A stretch of 64,000 nt of DNA. Origin: Phallusia mammillata (Eukaryota). Positions within the stretch are counted from its first letter, which is position 1; every line of letters starts with the position of its first letter. The DNA is taken from contig OZ281501.1 in assembly GCA_965637545.1 (NCBI GenBank), positions 17,422,001 to 17,486,000 of the forward strand, read 5' to 3'. This document shows, one piece after another, positions 1 to 9,940 of the stretch. The notes beneath the pieces were generated by a model, which was given only the letters and a program-made list of their open reading frames with translations, ran no database searches and was not told the origin of the DNA. The translations under genes and the position numbers were made by a program.

Positions 1-104
1 TTTTTTTTTCAAAATGGTATTAAGCAACCTTTTAGTCGTTGATTACGATTATGGTATTTCTGGCAAAAGTAATACTTTAACTTGTACTTACTTATAATTT
101 GCAG

Positions 105-584
105 AAACAAGCTTCTGAGAATGGAAGACGAATTCGGTAAGCTAACTAGACAAACTAGAAAACACTGTTACACAAAATGTGAAAAAACGTGACACAAAAC
201 CTATAACAAAACGAATAACGCTTAAACTTTCTAGATGCTTTGGACTTGCCGGAACCAAAAGGGCCTAGGGACAGCAAAAAAGACCAAAAATAAATCTGAG
301 GTAGTGTTTTTAAACATTATTACCTTTCATAATAAATTTACTTTTAAGTGTCGTTTTTGAATTCGTGATTCGATTTGTTTGCCATCAACAAATTTTCTAA
401 CAGCATCAACGAAAATATAAAGTTGAAAAATGTTTTTTGTTGTTTTTCAGACTCGGCCCTGAGAAGAAATCGGCCAATCTCTCCGATTTTGTCAGTGCTG
501 AAAATAAAAAAAGTGTACTCGGTTTCGTTGCTTGATATTTTTGTGTCAGAAAATGCCACAGCTACAAGAGTTTGTATTAACTGA
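105..584 (+). CDS. Secreted peptide precursor, copy A (exons 105-136 and 451-584; exon 1 lies left of the window)
   Basis: AG/GT-bounded exons homologous to copy B; translate to NKLLRMEDEF-DSALRRNRPISPILSVLKIKKVYSVSLLDIFVSENATATRVCIN*. Confidence 0.6.
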
Positions 585-1560
585 CTTTTTCAGTTTGATT
601 CTCAACAAATGTTGCTCTTTGGACAGCTGCCTAACAAACTTGGAATACGGACTTTCAATTGTTAAAGCCTGTAGAATTTACCTCTAGGCAAAGTAGGGTT
701 TTAATAAGTAAAATATGCGAGAACTATATAGGGTCGCTTACCTTGGTAAATACTGTAGACTCGGAACGGCCGACCTGCAAGGCTGAGCCTCACGAAGGGG
801 TTTGTCACGTTAAAACACGCCCCGCCTTTTCCGCTTAAATCACACTTCCCGAATCTCGTGTAATAACCCACAGCGACAACAACCACAACGTATAGCACAT
901 AATCAATACAAGCAGTTACGAAATAGGATCAAAGACGGAAGCGTTTTTCTGTACAAGAAAACGAAGCACATTGAAATATGCCAATGAACAAAAAGCCAAT
1001 GACCCACTCACCAACTATTTTGCGACGCAGGTAAACAAGTATTTACAGTTCCAAGACGATAAAACAATCGCTGCAAGCACTGTAGGAAAATTAAGCATGT
1101 CATATATACAAACCATAAATAAAATTACGCCATAAGTCAGAATTAAACACTCACCTATAATCACAGGACATTTGAAACTGCTTAGGTCGCAAAATATAAA
1201 TTCTACCGATGCTTCATTGCGCGTTAAAACTAATCAACAGCAGATTTTTATAAAACAATAGTACTGATGCCGCCACCTAGCGCTTTCATTTTTTGTGGCT
1301 TGATTAGTATTGTTTGTCAAAAAGGACAATTTTCTGGGTGTGGGTGGTAGCCAGCTTGCAGCATGTTTGCAGTTGGCAAGTCAGACTATGCAAACATTAA
1401 TTTTTTGACTTGTCCGTGACATTTGTCGTTGTTTAGTGTTTTTGCAGATGGCCAGCTGGGTTGCCCAAATCCACCAACGAAGTTGGGATCACATGCGAAA
1501 CACAAAGTGAATGCACGACAAATCCTAATTGTTGTTACGATCCCCTAGGAGTTTTACATT

Positions 1561-1624
1561 GCGCTGACCGGGTAAAACGTACGCTGACCGGGTAAAACGT
1601 ACGCTGACCGGGTAAAACGTACTG
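1561..1624. repeat. 20-bp tandem minisatellite (ACGCTGACCGGGTAAAACGT x3)
   Basis: Three head-to-tail units with no spacers (first base of unit 1 differs). Confidence 0.95.
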
Positions 1625-1728
1625 AAAGTAACGAACTTGCAAGCAGGCCTGAAAACGAAGCTGACAAGTGTAGAATACAAGACAGGCAACGGTGATTGTG
1701 ATATAACTTTTGGCGGGTTCACCACTGA

Positions 1729-1795
1729 GCCGGTGTAGCTCATATGGCAGAGCACGAGTCCCGGAAAGACTCCTGACGTGGGTTCGAATCATTCC
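1729..1795 (+). mobile_element. tRNA-derived SINE head (Pol III A and B boxes)
   Basis: TAGCTCATATGG (A-box-like) and GGTTCGAATC (B box); similar to the minus-strand copy at about 17107-17185; no canonical anticodon arm. Confidence 0.6.
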
Positions 1796-2133
1796 AAGTG
1801 TAAAAGAGAGAAAAGAGACGTTAGTAGTGACAATGGAAACAGACGTACGAAGCGAAGTTTTCAACTCTTTTCATTCACGCGCCTGAAACAATATAGCTAT
1901 CATTAGTTGGGGAAACAGACGTTTTCCAAATCTATCTCCTCCAACCACAAAGGAAAATCCACTCTCGCTCCCACTACCATCATCAGCTGAAAATATTGCA
2001 AAATATTTGTAAATTTTCCTCCTCCACGAAACTCGAGACTTCCGAAGCAGCTCTATAACATGCAACATACGTGGCTTCAACAAACAATACTTCGTTTCAG
2101 TTGGTGGTTGTCGTTAAACTTTGGACAGGAGTC

Positions 2134-2836
2134 ATGAACAAACTTGTATTTGTGGTTCTGCTTTTTGCTGTGTTGCTTAGCTTTGGAGGGGCGAGGAGAC
2201 GACGACGGGGTCGTACAGGAGACTTAGCTTTTAAGCAATTAGACAACGATGCTGCCGATTTTTCGTAAGTTTTAGAATCAACTTTCTACGCTTTTAATTC
2301 TTTTTATTTCAAAATGGTATTAAGCAACCTTTTAGTCGTTGATTACGATTATGGTATTTCTGGCAAAAGTAATACTTTAACTTGTACTTACTTATAATTT
2401 GCAGAAACAAGCTTCTGAGAATGGAAGACGAATTCGGTAAGCTAACTAGACAAACTAGAAAACACTGTTACACAAAATGTGAAACAACGTGACACAAAAC
2501 CTATAACAAAACGAATAACGCTTAAACTTTCTAGATGCTTTGGACTTGCCGGAACAAAAAGGGCCTAGGGACAGCAAAAAAGACCAAAAATAAATCTGAG
2601 GTAGTGTTTTTAAACATCATTACCTTTCATAATAAGTTTACTTTTAAGTGTCGTTTTTGAATTCGTGATTCGATTTGTTTGCCATCAACAAATTTTGTAA
2701 CAGCATCAACGAAAATATAAAGTTGAAAAATGTTTTTTGTTGTTTTTCAGACTCGGCCCTGAGAAGAAATCGGCCAATCTCTCCGATTTTGTCAGTGCTG
2801 AAAATAAAAAAAAGTGTACTCGGTTTCGTTGCTTGA
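2134..2836 (+). CDS. Secreted peptide precursor, copy B (exons 2134-2264, 2405-2436, 2751-2836; 82 aa)
   Basis: Canonical GT-AG introns with matching phases (2, 1). Product MNKLVFVVLLFAVLLSFGGA-RRRRRGRTGDLAFKQLDNDAADFSNKLLRMEDEFDSALRRNRPISPILSVLKIKKSVLGFVA*, with a clear hydrophobic signal peptide and basic cleavage sites. Confidence 0.7.
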
Positions 2837-5800
2837 TATTTTTGTGTCAGAAAATGCCACAGCTACAAGAGTTTGTATTAACTGACTTTTTCAGTTTGAT
2901 TCTCAACAAATGTTGCTCTTTGGACAGCTGCCTAACAAACTTGGAATACGGACTTTTAATTGTTAAAGCCTGTAGAATTTACATCTAGGCAAAGTAGGGT
3001 TTTAATAAGTAAAATATGCGAGAACTAGGGTCGCTTACCTTGGTAAATACTGTAGACTCGGAACGGCCGACCTGCAAGGCTGAGCCTCACGAAGGGGTTT
3101 GTCACGTTAAAACACGCCCCTTTTCCGCTTAAATTATACTTCCCGAATCTCGTGTAATAACCCACAGAGACAACAGCGGCAACAACCACAACGTCGCACA
3201 CAATCAGTGCAAGCAGTTGCGAAATAGGATCAAAGACGGAAGCGTTTTTCTGTGCAAGAAAACGAAGCACATTGAAATATGCCAATGAACAAAAAGCCAA
3301 TGACCCACTCACCAACTACTTTGCGACACATGTAAACAAGTATTCAAAGTTTAAGATGATAATACAATCGCTGCAAGCACTGTAGGAAAATTAAGCATGC
3401 CATAAGCCACATATACAAACCATAAACTAAGACGAAAGTCAGAATGAAACACTCACCTACAATCACAGGAAACACGTTCACTTGAATAAATCAGCCAGCA
3501 CAAAATCTTTTATTGATAGCCTTCTTTCGCTCTAAAAATGCAATACAAACGAATTTACTGAAAGCAGTGACGAAGTCACCTCACTATATTACGTTGTACA
3601 GTAAAATGAACCAGACATTGTAACCTGCAGGCAATAGCCTTGGTGTCCGTTGGTAACAAAGGGATCTGCAATGCAGCCGTCTTAGCGAAAAAGGTAGTGC
3701 ACCCCTGCGCTAGACTAATGCTATAAAATATCTGTTCTTTCGAGCAAAATGCAAACTTTGGCTGAACTGTAAACGGCTTGCAAACCTCAAGCGAGAAGAA
3801 CAACAAAGCACTACTGACGTCTAGCGGTTTGCAAACAGAAAGTTTCAACCGTAATTATGTTGACAACTATCGAAAACCACCGAGTATATACGTACTTTTT
3901 GATGACACATTTCGCTTTCATTGGTACCGCAAATTTACGTTTTTCAGAGTATTTGTACCGTTAATCTGATTCAATTTAGTCAATGAATTTTGCTGTCATA
4001 AACTTTCAAATGTGGTCCAACGAATTCCAATCCAAACGCAACTGATAAGCAAGCGACATTTACTGCCCTAATAAACATACCATATTTGGTTTTAAAACTT
4101 TGAAATATGTTAAAAAACAAAAATCGTCTTAGACTGGTGTAAACTAACTTACCTATTTCTATTTGCTAGCCCCATTTCGACATGCTAACACTTGCTGAAA
4201 TGTTACTTCATTGCCATGCATATAGAGCTTTTGGTCGTTTTAATATCAATGTTGAATACAAATTGACCCATGATTTCACAGTGATCAAACAACATTAACT
4301 GTACAAAATGTACGACTGAAGTATTCCTGCAGGCTGCAGTAACTGGAAAACTTAAAATTGAATCAGGTCCAGCAACAAATTCCAACATGCCAGACAGGCC
4401 TGTCATCCTTTTCTCTGCTTAAGGCTTTATTCTGCCAGCTGTATAAAGACAGCGTGCAAATCGAGTCTTAAAACCCACAGGTTTTCCTAAGGCAAAGCAG
4501 ATAAGCAGAGTGGCAATAGCAAAAAAGTGCATTCGCGCCATTCTGACATTTAGTTTGTCGGGGTGCTGGTCAGGTGTTTGTTTCGTCACTGCTAGCGTTG
4601 TATGACGCATTTGTATTGTTTGTCACAATGCTGAAGCCCAGTGAACATTATAATTGGCAACAGAAAGCAGATGTTTCATGTTTTGTCTCTTTTTAAGTTG
4701 TGCGCTGACTTTAAAAGGAGTTTGATTAAAACAAATCTGCCAAAGAGCAGCTCTTGTATACATAGAGAGTACATTTTTGTTGGTTACCACAGATTATGTG
4801 ATTTTTTGAGGTAAAGCTTTTTTGGACAGTTATGTTTTTAATCTTTAGCTAGTTGTTGATTTAAAACTGCAGCGTTTGAAGTTTAGGTGACTTATTTATT
4901 GTGTAATGCTTATACTGTAGATAAGACAAGAGCAATTTAACTTACACAAAAGCATTTTAGGCCATAGGTTACCAAATAATCGTGAAATTTATTCAACTTC
5001 AATAAAAGAGAATCAACAGAAAAAGAAAGAAGGCAATTTGTCCGGTCTGCTGCAGGCGCAAAAGCCCTGCAAAGCGGCTGTAGCAGGTAAAAGGCAGGAT
5101 GCAACAGAGTTTGTTGTCCGTTTAGTCCTCTTAGATAAGGAAAATATAATAGTTTAAACATGACAGAGTGTTATTGCTGTTTTTTCGTTTCTTTTATTCA
5201 AATGGTAAAGTTAGGTTGAATAGCCACATTTGTCTAAGATTATTTATCATGAAAAAGCATTTGCAACATTTAACTGCTTGACCAATGCACAGTTAGTTGG
5301 TAATGTAAAATGTAGGTAATGGAAGTTTAATATGTAAAATAAAAACGAAACCTTGTGGATCGAAACAGTGCGCACTGTTGGCAGCTTGCTTACAATGTAA
5401 GAATACGTTGTAATAAAGGATTTACATAAAATATTGCCAACTTTGGTGCTTCCAAAAGTCAATTTCCGTTATAAATATTTCGCTGTACTGCATATTAATA
5501 GTCGTAACGGCTTGAATAATGCTCTTGACATTTTGTTAAACGGTTTTTCTAATGTGGACGTGCACAACTGCGTTTTTCTTGTGGTGACGTAAGCCGAACA
5601 TTAGAATGTTTCAGTTGTGGTCTTCATGCAACATGCGCGACTGTCTTTAAATTGCGCTTGTGTGTTAACAGAAGCTTATGAGTCTCATGACTGACTTGTT
5701 ACAACAGTAATTGTGTGATAAAATTGTATGCAAGACTTGCATCAACAAATAGTCACGCGACAGGGCGTAATATAAGACGTTCGAACGGCTGTCTGATTTA

Positions 5801-5880
5801 TCACCAACAAATTGGATCTATCAAGGCCTAAAACCTGCTTGGCACAAACGGATTTTAGCTGAAAGATTTGCTGGGTAAAG

Positions 5881-8800
5881 ATGGCACCTTCTGAAAGAAG
5901 CGGTCAGCAAAAAACATTTAAGGAAACAAAGTCACTAGGTAAGCTTCATCGAACGCCTTTGACTCTAGTTTATGTAGGTGTTTCATTATACATACATCTA
6001 AAACGTCATAGTCTATTTGGTATTAGCTTTTGGTACCCTCATCGTTCAAGACAAGTGTATGTTATTATTATATACCAAACAATATTACAATAAAAATGGG
6101 ATTGTTATGTTAGTTGTGTATGTATATTTGTTTAAGTACGTAAATGTATGTGACCTTTTAGGCCGAAAGAGTGTGCACTGTCTGCAGCTTATCATTTATT
6201 GGCTTCATGCTTTTACTTACATGCATATCGTGTGTTACCTTTGTAGTGACCCATACGCTTTTAGGCAAGCAACATTTACATATGTACGTTTTGTGTTCTA
6301 TCATGACCAGCTGTATCAGGTTAATCAGATTTTGTAGGTTTTATGAGCTGCCGGTGACAGTCAGTAGCTGGTATTAGCCGGTTTGTTTCCCATAAAGGGG
6401 TTTTAACGTTGTTTGCCTGCCGCAAGACAACAATAGAACCAGCGCATTTGTCCTTATACAGCTCACCACAGTTACGTCATCTGTGGTCAGAATTCGTTGG
6501 TGCTTTTTGCCCGTAAGAACACCAGAATATGCTTTAAAGCCAATCTCCTGAAGCCAAATCTACTTGCTTGAAAAATGAATGTATGACGTAAGCAATTGGT
6601 ATTTGTATTGTTTGGAAATTTTACGAAGATTCGATTCTGTTTAACATGATAAAAATACAAATATCCACAATTTGGCAAAACAACTTTGCTTTCAAAAAGC
6701 CCAAAAAATATCCACCCTAAGATTTTCGGGTAAATGAATGTTTCCAACCAATAGATGTTCATGTTGTTGTTTGCAATACTGCCAACGAAAAATGTTGAAA
6801 TCTTGTAAAGTAGTAAGTAAACAGACTTTTTACCACAAGCTCGTCCCACTACCTTGTTCGCACATGCAACATCCTAAACCGAACAGGAGTCTGAAAATAC
6901 TCGTACCCGGGCAAAAAAAGTTTGAAAACTTCGAAAGTATTATATTATTCTCAAGATCGAATATAGTATGGGTGAGATTGATTCAATATCCACAAAAACT
7001 TCGGAATCGACGCTTACAGTGTGACGCAACAATCAATAATTCATGACACATACAAAGTCACGTGTTTCAAGGCATGAACTGTAATACAGAATACGGAACA
7101 AACGAACTAAAATAAAGCAAATTTTTGTTAACGTAGGCTGTGTGTGTAAATTTCTTGATTTGGTGTGACGTTATTTGACCTATTTGAGCACATTTTGCAG
7201 CAATTGCTGTTTTGTGCGAAAATACTACTACGCATCATAAGGCTTATGCGCAAACTGATTCATAAATGCTATGTGCTGTGTATTGCAAAAGCGCCTGATT
7301 GTTTAATAATCTTAACATCGTTGCATTTTTGTTCTGAAAATGCGTTGTCAGCTGACAAATACATTTCATCATAAAAGTTGATGTATGAAATGTATAGATG
7401 CAGTTTGTCTGTTCAGTCGTGTTGTGGACATAATCCGGAAACGGGTCGTTAGCATTGCTGACTTTAAAAGATTAGCGCCAATTTGTTTGCACTTAACAGG
7501 AAATGATATTTATTCTCTTTTCTATTCCCACAGTAACCCGGAAGTCGGAAGTAAACGGGATCCGTGAGAAATTTCCCACCAAGGTGCCGGTAAGTGAAAG
7601 ACATGTGTAAAAAATTACCTATAGTGTGAACTACCAGTTTTCTAAGTAGTATGCAAATATACTGGCAAAAACTCTTCAGAGTCATCTTGGCACTGTTACT
7701 TGAACAGGGCTTCCCAAACTTCTCACCTTTTTAAATACCTCGAATTTAAATGAAAAGAATTTGACCTCTTTAACTAAATAATCTGCCTTTAATACACTGG
7801 CATGTTAGTGTGATTCATTCTCTATCTTGCTGTATGCTCTTTTCATAATATTATCTCAAGACTTAAAAGTTTGTGTTCTACATTCGTTTGGGGTCGCGAC
7901 CCCTTAGTTTTGGAAGCCTATGTGTTGTAGACTAGAGCACGGTTTTGGTTTTGGAAGGCTCTAAGGAGGCGTAACTTTTGGTTTGATTTACCTAATTGTA
8001 AAGTTTGTCTGCAGATCATAGTGGAAAGGTACAGAAAGGAAAAGTATTTGCCGATTCTTGACAAAACGAAGTATCTCGTTCCCCAGGAGATGACAATGAG
8101 CCAGTTTGCCACCATTATAAGGTAACGTATCTTTATCAACCATCAAGTTTCGCTTATTTTTTCAGAATTGCAAATTTAAATAGCTTCTAATAGCTTCACA
8201 AAAATGAAAATATATTTGTATGGCAGTTACACACATTTTAATTCTTTTTTAACCTGCAAATTGTATTTTTAAAAGCGTCTTAGTTTTGAATTCTGAAAAC
8301 GTTTTACAAAATTGAATGTACATTCCTTTGGCAATTACATAAATGAAACAAAATACGAACAAACATTGCAAAATTAAACAAAAACCCACAAAATAAGCGT
8401 CTACAATGGTTGACAAATATGGATGTTTTGTTAGTGTGTTGCCACGTCGAGAAGCGTGTAGTAAATGGTGAAAAAACGCATTGTGCGTGCGTTGACTAAT
8501 GTTTAGTCACAACGATGCGTGAAATGATCGTTTGTTACTGGAGCGCGTTAGTGTGACGTCACAGTGCTTGGTGCTCGTTATGTTCTTTAAACATTAAATC
8601 GTTTTTGCACAGAACCACTTTAGAACGTTAACATTTTCCCAATTTCACAAAAAAGTTTAATTCACAAATGTTGTTGTTAAACAGAAAATTATTTATCACC
8701 TAGCTATAGCAGTGGTTCTTAATCTTTTGACCCCCCTTTTTCCCGAAAATAGACAATGTGCCCATCTTTTGGAGGGTGTTTTACCCCTGTTTCACTAACT

Positions 8801-9225
8801 AATAGTGATTAGGACGAGATTGTCATAAATACCCAGGTTGAGATCTAATAAAGTACCTTATTCCTGGTGAATAGTGTTAATTTATTAAAACTTTAGATTC
8901 CGGCTGTTGGAAAATAATCATTACTTATAATGATTAAGACAAGAAACAAAAAACGTATGCCCTCATAGCATCGATATGCGATTTTACCGCAAAAAGTTTA
9001 TCCTTACATAACTGTCTAAATCCAAGTTGGAACAACCATGTATTGTAAACAAGTATGAATTTTAGGAATAGAATGTGTGTTGGCTCGTCTCAAGCCGTTT
9101 ACTTCACCGTCAACAAACGGCACATGCCAAGTATGTCGATGACTATGGCTGAGATATACCACGACAATATGGATGAAGACGGATTTCTCTACATGACTTA
9201 CGCCTCGCAGGAAATGTTTGGATAA
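5881..9225 (+). CDS. MAP1LC3C: Microtubule-associated protein 1 light chain 3 C-like (ATG8 family); exons 5881-5938, 7534-7589, 8015-8121, 9066-9225; 126 aa
   Basis: Spliced product contains TFKETKSL, GIREKFPTKVPIIVERY, LPILDKTKYLVPQEMTMSQF and DEDGFLYMTYASQEMFG*, typical of ATG8 and closest in motif to LC3C; all phases consistent. Confidence 0.93.
7706..7920. mobile_element. Degenerate hAT-type MITE in LC3 intron 2
   Basis: CAGGGCTTCCCAAA at the start and TTTGGAAGCCTA at the end are imperfect terminal inverted repeats. Confidence 0.45.
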
Positions 9226-9940
9226 CTTTACGCTATTTACCGCTACCTAACGGTCACCAACACTTTCTGTGCATAGCTTGGATTTTCCTTTGGATTCTGT
9301 GTACGTCGGTATGTACGACAACCTATGCCTAAATGCCTTGTACTAGCTGCTGTTGTCGGTGTGTTGCTGTGGCCTAATTAGGTGATTGCTTAAAACTTGT
9401 TTTAATAACTGTGAGCTTCTATATATACTACTGTTCTATTGCTGTTTCAAATTGTTGGTAATTACAGTTCTTGCCATTTTCTGTCTTGTTTTTGTTCAGT
9501 TGCGCGAATTTAGTTTGCCATGCGTTTCTATGTGTATAATCATCAAACTCATTAGATTGGTGCAACTCTTTTTTGCCGCGTTGTATGTTGATATTTTGAA
9601 ATAAAACGTCTGCAGTTCGATTTCGTTTAAATTGCACTTTCTTTAGACGAGAAAATTAAAAACAAACGCAGAAACATGGTTGTTTGCAAAAAGCGAGAGG
9701 CTACAAAAATTGATTTCTCTCATCCGTGATAGTAATTGCAACGTGATTCCAATGAGGGAAAAGTAAATATAGCAACAGTATGTAGTTTGCAAAATTTGAT
9801 GCATTTGTGTTTTTAGGTCACTACTAGCTAGAACGTAGATAACTGTGTAGGTATATAAATTAACTAGAGGTATTTTACTTAGTTCTTACATGAAATATTT
9901 CCTATTGTTTTAGCATAAGCGGCGATTATTTCCGTCTTTT

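Larger units (their letters stand above)
1..3470. repeat. Tandem segmental duplication, period about 2300 bp (copy A 1-1167, copy B about 2301-3470)
   Basis: Near-identical text: TTTCAAAATGGTATTAAGCAACC near 8 and near 2308; homology runs with scattered substitutions and indels to ACTCACCTA(T/C)AATCACAGGA at about 1167 and 3470. Confidence 0.95.

Noticed and set aside
1561-1624. 20-bp direct repeats as a CRISPR array (likewise the 85-bp units at 36981-37240)
   Set aside because: Units are head-to-tail with no unique spacers, there are no cas genes, and the context is eukaryotic.
1729-1795. Functional tRNA genes here and at 16846-16920, 17107-17185, 22730-22760 and 23740-23775
   Set aside because: A/B boxes are present but anticodon arms are non-canonical and the heads join a shared SINE body; treated as SINEs.
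3576-5161. Minus-strand ORFs 3576-3848, 4203-4406, 4419-4610 and 4937-5161 as a protein-coding gene
   Set aside because: They could not be joined in consistent phase, in-frame stops intervene, and no motif was recognised.
6017-7374. Several 60-120 aa ORFs in LC3 intron 1
   Set aside because: Low-complexity AT-rich translations with no family motif.
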